The translations under genes and the position numbers were made by a program. A DNA stretch of 64,000 nucleotides from an uncultured Sangeribacter sp. (GTDB taxonomy: Bacteria > Bacteroidota > Bacteroidia > Bacteroidales > Muribaculaceae), in assembly GCA_964513775.1 (NCBI GenBank), contig CAZEOI010000006.1:2175-66174 (forward strand), given 5' to 3'. The notes under the pieces were generated by a model. That model saw nothing but the letters and a program-made list of their open reading frames with translations. It made no database searches and was not told the DNA's origin. Of this stretch, positions 1-9,266 are shown piece after piece. The stretch's first letter is position 1. Each line of letters begins with the position of its first letter.

Positions 1-98
1 AATATGGTATAGATCCGGAAGCCTACAATATTTATAGTGGTTATCATAGCTATAAAACTCCCCGTAGTTATACTGTTAGTCTCTTCTTCAATATTTAA
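1..98 (+). CDS. 3' end of SusC/RagA TonB-dependent transporter (partial)
   Basis: Frame from nt 3 reads YGIDPEAYNIYSGYHSYKTPRSYTVSLFFNI*, a SusC-like C-terminus (DPE...PRSYT..L), 13 nt before a SusD gene. Confidence 0.75.
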   Translation, partial: YGIDPEAYNIYSGYHSYKTPRSYTVSLFFNI

Positions 99-111
99 TA
101 CCCTCACTTTC

Positions 112-1530
112 ATGAAAAAGATAATAATAATGGCCGCAATTGCCGCTGTGATTTCACTGACAGCTTGCGACAGTAAACTTGATATAAAACCCCTCGGGAA
201 AACCACACTTGATAAAGTGGAAGACTTGGAGTCTCTTCTTAATCAAATGCCTATGCTCAATGATGGCAGCGAGGTTTTCGACCTTGAGTTGATATGCAAC
301 GATTGTTATTGGAGTTGGCGAGGAGTTCCTGAAATGTTGAGTAATAAACAAAGTGAGTCATATGCTTATCTTACATATGACGAAAGTATCGACCGTGCTA
401 ATCTTGAGGACTCCAACACCCGATACAACACACTATATAGCCTTATCAACTATATGAATGTAGTGATTTCCAAGATGCCTAACGCCAAAGGAGATGATTC
501 ACGCAAGGCTCAGCTTATTGCAGAGGCCAAAGTGCTCAGAGCTTGGTATCACTTTCTTCTTGTCAATATCTATGCTCAACAATATGATGCCGCTACAGCC
601 GATGAGCTTGGCGGAATCCCTTATGTGGATAATACCAATGTGCAGGAACAGAAGACAAAGCGTTCACTCTATGATACATACCGGATGATTCTTGAGGATT
701 GTTCTGATGATGTCATAGCCGATTTATACCAGGGAAGTGTCTCTGATCCCTGCCGTTTCGGAAGCGATTTCGGATATGGTGTTCGTGCAAGAGTGCTCTA
801 TCAGATGAAGCGCTATGAGGAGGCTCTTGATTATGCCAATAGGGCGCTTTCTGTAAACGGAAAGATTGAAGACCGTTCTGTTCTTGAATCGACATGGAAG
901 TGGACTCTCACGGAATATTCTGATAATAATTATTATCTTATGTATTCCAATAATTCTAATCTTGGCGATTTCTACGGATATGTGGTTTCACCGGAGGTTG
1001 CTGAATTGATTTCACCTGATAGTTATTTGTCATTGTATCATTATGTTGATGGTGAATCTGCCTGGGGTGATCCATATCCCTCAACTCCGGCAAACAGTAT
1101 GCAGTGTCAGGTGAGTGATATTAGATGGAATGTATATGGTCTAAGGTCAGAATCGATGTATTTCCTTTCTGCCGAGTGTCTGATACGAACCGGTAAAATT
1201 CAAGCCGGCCTCGACAGATTGGATAAAGTGCTTGAAAAAAGGATAGCGGGTTATGAAAAATACTCTCTTCAGACTATGACTGAAAAGGAGGCTATGAAGG
1301 TGTTCCGAAACGAAAAACGAGTGGAATTCATGAATACATTTGAGAATTTCTTCGATTGTAAACGATGGAACTCAGAACCGGAATATGCAGCTGATATAGT
1401 TCGCGACCTATCTGATATCGGAGGAGAAGATTATGGTGTCTATACACTTAAGCCGGGTTCTCCTATATGGGTACGTCCATTCCCCTTGAATGCAGTTAAC
1501 TATAATTCATCTCTAACAAATAATTATTAA
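112..1530 (+). CDS. RagB/SusD family outer-membrane lipoprotein
   Basis: Lipobox SLTAC-DSKLDIKP; AEAKVLRAWYHFLLVNIY, GIPYV, EKRVEF...FFDCKRW and terminal PFP motifs; ATG at 112 preferred over the GTG at 37. Confidence 0.93.
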   Translation: MKKIIIMAAIAAVISLTACDSKLDIKPLGKTTLDKVEDLESLLNQMPMLNDGSEVFDLELICNDCYWSWRGVPEMLSNKQSESYAYLTYDESIDRANLEDSNTRYNTLYSLINYMNVVISKMPNAKGDDSRKAQLIAEAKVLRAWYHFLLVNIYAQQYDAATADELGGIPYVDNTNVQEQKTKRSLYDTYRMILEDCSDDVIADLYQGSVSDPCRFGSDFGYGVRARVLYQMKRYEEALDYANRALSVNGKIEDRSVLESTWKWTLTEYSDNNYYLMYSNNSNLGDFYGYVVSPEVAELISPDSYLSLYHYVDGESAWGDPYPSTPANSMQCQVSDIRWNVYGLRSESMYFLSAECLIRTGKIQAGLDRLDKVLEKRIAGYEKYSLQTMTEKEAMKVFRNEKRVEFMNTFENFFDCKRWNSEPEYAADIVRDLSDIGGEDYGVYTLKPGSPIWVRPFPLNAVNYNSSLTNNY

Positions 1531-1531
1531 A

Positions 1532-2620
1532 ATGAAAAAAACATTCCTGCTGTTAGCCCTCCTTGCAACTGCCATAGGAGCAATGGCACAAACGGATTTT
1601 CGCCATATTACATTCGAAGAGGCGAAAGCAGCTGCAAAGGCTGAAAACAAAATGATTTTTGTTGATTTCTACACTCAATGGTGTGGACCTTGCAAAATGC
1701 TTGCTAAAAAGGTGTTCCCTACTCAGGAGGTTGGTGACTTCCTTAACGCCGGGTATGTGTGTTTAAAATTGGATGCCGAAAACGAAGGTAGGGAGCTTGC
1801 TCAAGCTATTAAGGTTGATGCTTATCCAACACTTGCTGTTTTTAATGCTAATGGTGACATGATTGGTTCCTTTGCCGGATATAAGGAGGGTGTAAACTTC
1901 ATAAATTCGGTAAAGGAAATCTCCGATCCCAACTTAAAACCGGAGGTGGTGGAACAGAAATATCTTGCCGGAGATCGCACACCGAGTGTTGTTCAAGCTT
2001 ATGCGGGAAATAAATATGAAGAGGATCGTAACTGGGAACAACGTAAGGCTAAAGTGGAACCGATTATTTCTGAATATTTCGAAAGCCTCTCTGATGCAGA
2101 TCGTCTCAGCCCTGATAATGTTTTCATATTCACTTCGTATACTTTCGATTTCGAATCTCCACGTGCGCAGTTTTTAATTAAAAACCGCGACAAATTCGAT
2201 CCTGCAGTTAAGGAGGGGGTAGAGAGTGCAATAAGTCAGGTGATGCTTTCAAAAGCTATTGATTATTTCTCTGAGAATAATCTTGCAGACTCTGCGAATT
2301 ATGCTAATTTCAAGGCTTTTGAAAAATGTCTTAAGGATACCGGACTATATGATAAATATGGTGTGTATCTTCTATTCGCGGAAAATCGTCGCACATCCGG
2401 TGATGACCAATATCTTGATTTTTGTGATAAAAACTTCAGCTCTCTCGATGACACCGGTGTGTATTATTTAGTTACACAACTTCCGCAGTTGGTTACTTCA
2501 GATACCAAAGAGCAAAAGGCTAAGATATCTAAGCTTATACGCAAACATCTCGTCGAGATGCAGGCCTCAAATATCTATAGTTCCGGCATGACTCTATACC
2601 GTCTTGAGGCTGATGAGTAA
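1532..2620 (+). CDS. Exported thioredoxin-family protein with C-terminal helical domain
   Basis: Signal peptide, then IFVDFYTQWCGPCK and AYPT cis-Pro loop. Confidence 0.88.
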   Translation: MKKTFLLLALLATAIGAMAQTDFRHITFEEAKAAAKAENKMIFVDFYTQWCGPCKMLAKKVFPTQEVGDFLNAGYVCLKLDAENEGRELAQAIKVDAYPTLAVFNANGDMIGSFAGYKEGVNFINSVKEISDPNLKPEVVEQKYLAGDRTPSVVQAYAGNKYEEDRNWEQRKAKVEPIISEYFESLSDADRLSPDNVFIFTSYTFDFESPRAQFLIKNRDKFDPAVKEGVESAISQVMLSKAIDYFSENNLADSANYANFKAFEKCLKDTGLYDKYGVYLLFAENRRTSGDDQYLDFCDKNFSSLDDTGVYYLVTQLPQLVTSDTKEQKAKISKLIRKHLVEMQASNIYSSGMTLYRLEADE

Positions 2621-2652
2621 AAGTAAAAAACAGTTTTCATTTACTATAAAGT

Positions 2653-2687
2653 GAGTGAACTCCCTGCGAGAGGCAGAGAGTTCACTC
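2653..2687. terminator. Bidirectional intrinsic terminator
   Basis: GAGTGAACTC...GAGTTCACTC inverted repeat between convergent genes. Confidence 0.65.
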
Positions 2688-2726
2688 TTATTTCTTATTC
2701 GGATGTGTTGAGATCAGATACTTATT

Positions 2727-3242
2727 TTAACGACCTTTGTTGATGATTATATTGAATTCGTTGCCATCGGGGAGAGTGGTTTCGAGTGTAAGATTCTTAC
2801 CTTGCAGTGTCAAAGGTGCGTTGTTGATAGATTCGATGGTTTTGGTGTCTGTGGTGCCGTAAATAGTTACGACGGATCCGGTATAACCACTCATCACGAC
2901 AATCAGGATATCGTTGCTGCCTTCTTTGTTAGGCTCGGCATATATGAATGCTGCGGCCTGACCGTTGTTTCCACCGTTTATCATAGTCGACAGCGGCACG
3001 AGATTAAGCACAGTCTGGGCTGCAGTACCGGTCTGGTATACCTGTTGAGCGTTGAGGTTGTAGGCACCGGCTATCTGTACGTTCTGAATATTATCGATAG
3101 TGGCGGGGAGATTGTAATCCGGTTGACGAACATTGACATTGGGGAGATTTGAGAGAGCTTGGTAAGCCTCCTTCAGGTTCATTGCTGATACGCTTATCGA
3201 TATGCCCAAGATAGCGATAATTGATAGAATAATCTTTTTCAT
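2727..3242 (-). CDS. Hypothetical secreted protein
   Basis: MKKIILSIIAILGISISVSA signal peptide; no family recognised. Confidence 0.7.
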   Translation of the reverse strand: MKKIILSIIAILGISISVSAMNLKEAYQALSNLPNVNVRQPDYNLPATIDNIQNVQIAGAYNLNAQQVYQTGTAAQTVLNLVPLSTMINGGNNGQAAAFIYAEPNKEGSNDILIVVMSGYTGSVVTIYGTTDTKTIESINNAPLTLQGKNLTLETTLPDGNEFNIIINKGR

Positions 3243-3289
3243 AGTGTATATAATTAAGAACAGACACATTGAAGTAATGTGTCTTCCTA

Positions 3290-3407
3290 TAAAACAAAGC
3301 CATCAGATGGTTGGTTCGACACAGCTCTGTAATCAAACTAATAATCTCGTTTATGAAAGTGTCTGAAGTGCGCGTCTTTTCGCAGAGTCAGAGTATAGTA
3401 ATTCCAT
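3290..3407 (-). pseudogene. Probable frameshifted and truncated HEPN (DUF86-like) toxin remnant
   Basis: ATG at 3407 overlaps the MNT 3' end and reads MELLYSDSAKRRALQTLS*; an adjacent frame continues FINEIISLITEL; the position is typical of MNT-HEPN pairs; left boundary approximate. Confidence 0.4.
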
Positions 3408-3678
3408 CTCGTGCAATTTCTTTAAGGAAGCGGGGATTCATTCTTGAATGTCGATGAATTAAATCCACCGAAGTATGAAGTAAGTTTTCAAGGTATCTGT
3501 GCAATGCACTTAGAACAAATATTTTAGGGGGCATATCAACGAGCAAATCAATATCGCTCTCAGGAGTGTTATCTCCACGAGCCACTGATCCAAACAACGT
3601 GAGTCCGGTTACTCCATACTCTTTTTGGATAGTAGGCAAATATTTACGGATGGTAGATATGCACTCCTCTTTCTTCAT
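3388..3678 (-). CDS. Minimal nucleotidyltransferase (MNT, MntA-like antitoxin)
   Basis: 96 aa, LFGSVARGDNTPESDIDLLVD motif and VDL.. Confidence 0.9.
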   Translation of the reverse strand: MKKEECISTIRKYLPTIQKEYGVTGLTLFGSVARGDNTPESDIDLLVDMPPKIFVLSALHRYLENLLHTSVDLIHRHSRMNPRFLKEIARDGITIL

Positions 3679-3692
3679 TTTATTGATATGAA

Positions 3693-3729
3693 AAAAGCAA
3701 CCATCATCTTAATGATTATGGCTGCCTTT
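3693..3729 (-). terminator. Terminator downstream of tRNA-Ser
   Basis: Imperfect stem AAAGCAACCATCATC / GATTATGGCTGCCTTT; the A-tract on + reads as a U-tract on -. Confidence 0.5.
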
Positions 3730-3740
3730 CCGATTTTTTG

Positions 3741-3828
3741 CGGAGTGACCGAGATTCGAACTCGGGATACGCTTTTGGCGTATACACGCTTTCCAGGCGT
3801 GCCTCTTCAGCCACTCGAGCATCACTCC
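3741..3828 (-). tRNA. tRNA-Ser (GGA)
   Basis: Reverse complement GGAGTGATGCTCGAGTGGCTGAAGAGGCACGCCTGGAAAGCGTG...GTTCGAATCTCGGTCACTCCG; long variable arm; CCA not encoded. Confidence 0.97.
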
Positions 3829-4009
3829 AAATTCCTTGTCGCCTCAGGCGGCGATTGAATTACACCGCGAAGTTAACGCTTTTATTTGATTTGACAATAT
3901 ATTTTCTCATTTTTTTTGTAATTTTGTGGAAATTTCCATATCAGCCTTGCACATTCAAGGTGTGAATCAAGGAAATTATAACTAAAACTATAACTATTCT
4001 ATAAACGCC

Positions 4010-4606
4010 ATGCGCCTGAATGATCGTTGCCGCTGCCTCGGCTCATTTGCCATAATCGGAATTTTGCTCGCTTCCTGCTCCAAAAAGCAGGTAGTAGCCG
4101 AGACTCTTCCTGATGATTTCAACCAATTGCCGGATACGGCAAAGGTGGCTCATATGATGGATATCGTCGCCCCAGATTCGGTGGCCCGGTTCATTTGTGA
4201 TGCCGCTCTTGGAAAAAGCGATGTGGCGAAAATTGACACTTTTGCGATTGCCACAGCTTATGCTTATGAACATTACGCCGATTCCTGCCTGATATCTTTC
4301 AGTCAGGAGCTGGACGACTATTCGGCCAATCTTCCGCTTGCCGACAAGATGGAGATCTATAAGCAAGCCGGACAATCTGACCCTCAACGGCTGGGCTATG
4401 AGCTTGGTCTTGAATATGTGAACTATATACGTAGCAACAAGACCGATGCTGCAAAGGTGAAAGAGGAGATCGAGGCGTTCCGTGTGGCGTGTGCCGACGA
4501 TTCCCTAATGTATGTGAGATTTATAAAAGGATTCAAGACCGTTCTTCAGGCAGACCGTGGTAAAGACCTCCCTGAAGATATATATAAAATGTTTATTAAT
4601 TACTGA
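4010..4606 (+). CDS. Hypothetical lipoprotein
   Basis: Lipobox LLASC; TAATTTTG -7 promoter element at ~3919. Confidence 0.75.
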   Translation: MRLNDRCRCLGSFAIIGILLASCSKKQVVAETLPDDFNQLPDTAKVAHMMDIVAPDSVARFICDAALGKSDVAKIDTFAIATAYAYEHYADSCLISFSQELDDYSANLPLADKMEIYKQAGQSDPQRLGYELGLEYVNYIRSNKTDAAKVKEEIEAFRVACADDSLMYVRFIKGFKTVLQADRGKDLPEDIYKMFINY

Positions 4607-4618
4607 TTTTTAGTTGTA

Positions 4619-5587
4619 ATGAAGACTATAGCAGAATATTCAGCGGATATTGAATCCGCTATCCGTTCGCTCAGTTTCCCTGACGGGAAACTTGGCTCTC
4701 TTTATCAACCCATTGAATATGCTCTCTCTGCAGGTGGAAAGAGAATACGTCCGGTGCTTTTGCTCATGAGTGCAGATGCTTTTGGCGGAAAAGCTCCTGA
4801 AGCTATTCGTCCTGCTGTTGGCATCGAGACTTTCCATAACTTTACTCTCCTGCATGACGATGTGATGGATAATTCCGATGTGCGTCGTGGTCGCCCCACC
4901 GTACATAAGAAATATGACGCAAATACCGCCATCCTCTCCGGCGACACTATGCTTACTCTCGCCACCCAATATGTGTCGGAGGTAGACAATGCTCTCCTTC
5001 GCGAGGTGCTTGACACGTTCAACAGCATGGCTATCGACGTTTATGAGGGTCAGCAACTCGACATGGACTTCGAGAAAGCTGACAAGATCGCTCTCAGCGA
5101 TTATCTGGAGATGATAGAGGGGAAGACCGGATCTCTTCTGGGTGCCGCTGCTAAAATAGGTGCCCTCATCGGCGGTGCCTCGCAGGAGGATGCCAGACTG
5201 ATGTATGAATTCGGTGTGATGACCGGCTTGGCTTTCCAGATACAGGATGACTGGCTCGATACGTTTGGCGATGCCACGACATTTGGAAAGCCTATCGGTG
5301 GCGACATACTTAACGGTAAGAAGACATACCTCTACGTTGCGGCTCTTGAAGAGGGTGGCCAGACTGCGGAAGCTCTCCGTGTGGCTTTCAATATGCCTGC
5401 CGGCGATTCGAAAGTTAAGGTAGTGACCCGTCTTTATGAGAAGATCGGGGTTGGAGAGAAGAGTAAGAAGGCTGTAGGCCATTATTCTTCCAAGGCTCTC
5501 AAGGCTCTTAATGCCACTTCTCTTCCTGAGGAAAAGAAAGAGGCTTTCCGTAAATTGGCTGAGAAACTTATCGGACGTAAGAAATAA
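4619..5587 (+). CDS. Polyprenyl (farnesyl/geranylgeranyl) diphosphate synthase
   Basis: GGKRIRP, LHDDVMD..RRG, GQQLDM, FQIQDDWLD motifs. Confidence 0.95.
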   Translation: MKTIAEYSADIESAIRSLSFPDGKLGSLYQPIEYALSAGGKRIRPVLLLMSADAFGGKAPEAIRPAVGIETFHNFTLLHDDVMDNSDVRRGRPTVHKKYDANTAILSGDTMLTLATQYVSEVDNALLREVLDTFNSMAIDVYEGQQLDMDFEKADKIALSDYLEMIEGKTGSLLGAAAKIGALIGGASQEDARLMYEFGVMTGLAFQIQDDWLDTFGDATTFGKPIGGDILNGKKTYLYVAALEEGGQTAEALRVAFNMPAGDSKVKVVTRLYEKIGVGEKSKKAVGHYSSKALKALNATSLPEEKKEAFRKLAEKLIGRKK

Positions 5588-5598
5588 TCATCATAACA

Positions 5599-6363
5599 AT
5601 GATCGACACCCATACACATCCATACCTCTCTCAATTTGAGGAAGGAGGCGCGGACGCGGTGACTCGAGCCATCGACAATGGGGTTGCGCATATGGTGCTC
5701 CCCAATGTCGATGCCTCTACAATTGAGCCTATGATGGCTCTTCATCACCGTTTCCCCGACCATACCTCCGTGGCCATGGGGCTGCATCCCACGGAAGTTG
5801 GCGATGATTGGGAGACAGTGGTCGACGATATGGAGCGGCTTCTCGATGACGGTGGTTTTGTGGCTGTCGGAGAGGTAGGGATTGACCTTTACTGGGAGAA
5901 AGATCGTAAGGCTGAGCAGATGCAGGCTTTTGCAAGGCAGCTGCGTATTGCCTCCCGACTCAATCTGCCGGTGATAATACATTGCCGGGAGGCTCTTGAG
6001 GAGACACTGCAGGTGATTTCAGAGGTGCAGCCCGATGTGCCGCTAATCTTTCATAGCTTTACAGGTTCGCCTGATGATGTGCGCCGCATTCGCGAGGTGT
6101 GCGACCCCATGTTTGGCATAAACGGTGTTGTCACGTTCAAGAATGCCAAAGAGATAAGGGAGGCTCTCCCTCTGATTGGTCTCGACCATATTTTATTGGA
6201 GACAGATGCTCCATATCTTGCTCCGGTGCCCTTTCGAGGCCGTCGCAACGAACCGGCTTATGTGACTCATACCTGTGCGAAGATTGCGGAGGTGATTGGT
6301 GTTAGTCCGGAAGAGGTGGAGAAGGCCACCGACATGAATGCAAAAAAACTTTTCGGAATATGA
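5599..6363 (+). CDS. tatD: TatD family hydrolase
   Basis: IDTHTH, GLHP, GEVGID, IHCR, HSFTG, ETDAPYLAP.P.RGRRNEP. Confidence 0.95.
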   Translation: MIDTHTHPYLSQFEEGGADAVTRAIDNGVAHMVLPNVDASTIEPMMALHHRFPDHTSVAMGLHPTEVGDDWETVVDDMERLLDDGGFVAVGEVGIDLYWEKDRKAEQMQAFARQLRIASRLNLPVIIHCREALEETLQVISEVQPDVPLIFHSFTGSPDDVRRIREVCDPMFGINGVVTFKNAKEIREALPLIGLDHILLETDAPYLAPVPFRGRRNEPAYVTHTCAKIAEVIGVSPEEVEKATDMNAKKLFGI

Positions 6364-8387
6364 ATGTTCCTCTCGCCATAGTGTCGCTCCCATTGCATCA
6401 GCCGGTGGCAATATTTCTGCTCGTGCTGTGCATAATCCTGATATGTCCGATTATTTTCAGGCGTCTCAGGATTCCTCATATCGTGGGTCTGATACTTTCG
6501 GGAGTAGCCGTAGGTCCCTACGGATTCAATATTCTGGAGCGTGATTCAAGTTTTGAGATTTTCGGTCAGGTCGGCATCCTCTACCTGATGTTTCTTGCGG
6601 CTGTGGAGATTGATATGTTTCACCTTCGTAAGAATCTGAAACATGGCATATGGTTTGGTTTGCTCACGTTCATAATCCCGATGGTGTTGGGAATATTCGG
6701 CACCCGACTTGCTTTCGGTGCATCGTGGACCACGAGTGTGCTTGTAGCCTCCATGTATGCCTCCCATACCCTTATATCTTATCCTATTGTAAGTCGCTTC
6801 GGCCTTCAGAATGCCCGTCCGGCCGTGATAGCGGTGTGTGCCACGATTGTAGCTGTTATGCTCGCGCTCCTCACGCTTGCCGGCGTTGTGGAGGCTGCTG
6901 AAGGGAGCTTCAGCTTAGGCCATGCCTTCAGGCTTATTCTTCTCATGGCTGTGTATGCCCTCGTTGTGGGAGTCTCATTCAGATTTGTCACACGATGGTT
7001 TTTCAGGAGGTTCAGCGAACAGGTGAGTCAGTTCATCTATGTATTGGCCATGGTGTTCGTTGCTTCCCTTCTTGCCCAACTGATAGGTCTTGAGGCTATT
7101 TTAGGCGCGTTCTATGCCGGCTTGGTCTTGAATAGATTTATCCCCGACAGATCAGGACTTATGGGGCGCATTAATTTCGTAGGCAATGCCATATTCATCC
7201 CCTATTTCCTGATCGGTGTGGGTATGCTCATCAACGTGCATGTCATCTTCAAGAGCTGGCAAGTGGGGTGGGTCGCTCTGAATATGGTGGCTGTGGCTAT
7301 GGCTTCCAAGTGGATTGCCGCTTACCTGGGTGCCCGCATTTTCGGTATGGGACGTAATGACCGAAGCATTATGTTCGGTCTTACATCCGGAAAGGCCGCT
7401 GCCACGATTGCCGCGACAATGATAGGTTTTCAACACGGACTTCTCAACGAAGATATGATGAACGGTGCGGTGCTTATGATTCTTGTGTGTTGCATAGTCT
7501 CCACTGTCACTACTCAAGAGGCCGGTAAACATCTGAGAATAGAGCGTACAGAAGAGGAGCTGGCATCTGAAGGGATGCGAACTCCCGGGGTGTTTGCACG
7601 CCAGCTTGTGGCTGTGGCTAACCCTGTCACGGCTGAAGGACTTATGCGTATGGCTCTGCTTATGCGAAACCGTAACAATCAAAACGAAGTCACCGCACTT
7701 TTCGTGCGCAACACAGATGACGCACGTATTGTGTCGATGGGTCGCAATGCGTTGCGACAGGCCGTGGCCGCGGCTCAGGCTGTGGATATTGAGGTGAAGG
7801 ATATCGAACGATACGATGTGAATGTGGTGGCTGGAGTCACCAACGAAGCAAAGCAGAACAGAAGCACCGACATCATGATAGGTATGCACCGTAAGGCTAA
7901 CGTGGTAGATAGTTTTTACGGCGCTATGATTGAGCAACTTATTCAGAACACCCACAAGATGATAATAATGTCGAGATGCTACATCCCGGTTGATACTATC
8001 TATAAACTTGTGGTGTTGGCTCCCGACAAGGCTGAATATGAAACGGGATTCCAGACGTGGGTGGAGCGCATTGGCAATCTCTCGTCACAACTCGCCTGCA
8101 AGGTTATCTTCATGTCAAGTGAAACCACGTGTGAGTTTATTCGCAATATTCTTGATTATGAGAAGTTTTCAATACGTCAGGAGTATCGCACTGTGCAGGG
8201 ATGGGACGATTTTATCGTTGAGAGCAAGGAGATTGGCGAGGAAGACCTCTTCATCATCATTGGGGCCCGCAAGGATTCCATCTCCTACACCGGTGAATTT
8301 GAGAGTATGCCTGCGTTCCTTTCACGTAACTTCGCCCATCATAACATGGTGATGATTTATCCGGCTCAGTTCGGCGAGATGTCGTGA
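6360..8387 (+). CDS. Cation:proton antiporter (CPA2) with C-terminal USP-like domain
   Basis: Many TM segments, ILGAFYAG, FIPYFLIGVG motifs; soluble C-terminus. Confidence 0.9.
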   Translation: MNVPLAIVSLPLHQPVAIFLLVLCIILICPIIFRRLRIPHIVGLILSGVAVGPYGFNILERDSSFEIFGQVGILYLMFLAAVEIDMFHLRKNLKHGIWFGLLTFIIPMVLGIFGTRLAFGASWTTSVLVASMYASHTLISYPIVSRFGLQNARPAVIAVCATIVAVMLALLTLAGVVEAAEGSFSLGHAFRLILLMAVYALVVGVSFRFVTRWFFRRFSEQVSQFIYVLAMVFVASLLAQLIGLEAILGAFYAGLVLNRFIPDRSGLMGRINFVGNAIFIPYFLIGVGMLINVHVIFKSWQVGWVALNMVAVAMASKWIAAYLGARIFGMGRNDRSIMFGLTSGKAAATIAATMIGFQHGLLNEDMMNGAVLMILVCCIVSTVTTQEAGKHLRIERTEEELASEGMRTPGVFARQLVAVANPVTAEGLMRMALLMRNRNNQNEVTALFVRNTDDARIVSMGRNALRQAVAAAQAVDIEVKDIERYDVNVVAGVTNEAKQNRSTDIMIGMHRKANVVDSFYGAMIEQLIQNTHKMIIMSRCYIPVDTIYKLVVLAPDKAEYETGFQTWVERIGNLSSQLACKVIFMSSETTCEFIRNILDYEKFSIRQEYRTVQGWDDFIVESKEIGEEDLFIIIGARKDSISYTGEFESMPAFLSRNFAHHNMVMIYPAQFGEMS

Positions 8388-8422
8388 TAAGAAGTTCATA
8401 TAACTTTAACATAAACAAAATT

Positions 8423-9046
8423 ATGAAGAAACTAATTTTTATTGCTTTAGGTGCGGTGGCACTCGCAGGATGCAGTTCCAATAAGAAGGATACTGTGGCC
8501 GATACCGATTCCATAGTGACTGAGAATGTCGCGGATGAGGCTGTGGCCGAAATGCCGTCGGTTTTCCTTAACAAAGATAGCATTGGGACGGTCTATGTGG
8601 GTATGCCTCTGGGTGAAATTCCTCAGCATGTTGACGGATTATACACCCGGCGTGAGAATGGAGCGAGTCTTGATGCCGTCACAATTGAATTCATTCAGGA
8701 TGACCACGCCCGCTTCGTTGCATATGATTTTGGCGAGGGTAAGATAGATGTGATAAATCTCATAGGGCCCGATGTAAAGGTCAAGACTATAAAGGGTGAT
8801 GTCGGAATTGGCGATTCTATGGCAACCGTGCTTGATCTTCCCGGAGTGAAGCCCGAGTGGAGTGGCTTGGATGGCAACGGAATGTGGTATTGGACTTGGG
8901 AGGGTCTGTGGTTTGCTCCGGCTCAGGAAAATCTGTCGCAAGGATTGTTGCAACGTCTCTATCATTCAGGACAGGCCCCTACAATTCAGGATTTCCGGGA
9001 TGAGAATGTGACCATCGGATTCATAGGCACCGGTCTGCCGTTCTGA
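8423..9046 (+). CDS. Hypothetical lipoprotein
   Basis: MKKLIFIALGAVALAGC lipobox. Confidence 0.75.
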   Translation: MKKLIFIALGAVALAGCSSNKKDTVADTDSIVTENVADEAVAEMPSVFLNKDSIGTVYVGMPLGEIPQHVDGLYTRRENGASLDAVTIEFIQDDHARFVAYDFGEGKIDVINLIGPDVKVKTIKGDVGIGDSMATVLDLPGVKPEWSGLDGNGMWYWTWEGLWFAPAQENLSQGLLQRLYHSGQAPTIQDFRDENVTIGFIGTGLPF

Positions 9047-9209
9047 CAAGAGAATAAGAAATATGATTATGTGAGACCTCATCAGTCCGAAGCACGGGTT
9101 GATAATCCTAAAGGGCTATTGCGAAAATAAGTAGCTACTTAATGATTTGCAATTGCGATCATAGTATCTCGTAGTCATTCTGTAGTCATAATAACTCGCA
9201 GTCATTATT

Positions 9210-9247
9210 AAGAAGGGCACCGCGTCAAAAGATGCGGTGCCCTTCTT
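9210..9247. terminator. Bidirectional intrinsic terminator
   Basis: AAGAAGGGCACCGCGTC-AAAA-GATGCGGTGCCCTTCTT between convergent genes. Confidence 0.85.
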
Positions 9248-9266
9248 TATTACGGTAGGTCTGGTG

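Noticed and set aside
3625..3965. ORFs 3625-3858 and 3738-3965
   Set aside because: They are antisense to tRNA-Ser and have no protein features.
4640..5482. Long antisense ORFs (also 7152-7955, 25487-26188, 28743-29663, 35427-36575, 59186-59971)
   Set aside because: Shadow frames opposite well-supported genes, with no recognisable motifs.
9050..9206. Short G(T/C)AGTCAT repeats as an ncRNA or operator array
   Set aside because: Only three short, irregularly spaced copies before a terminator; insufficient support.
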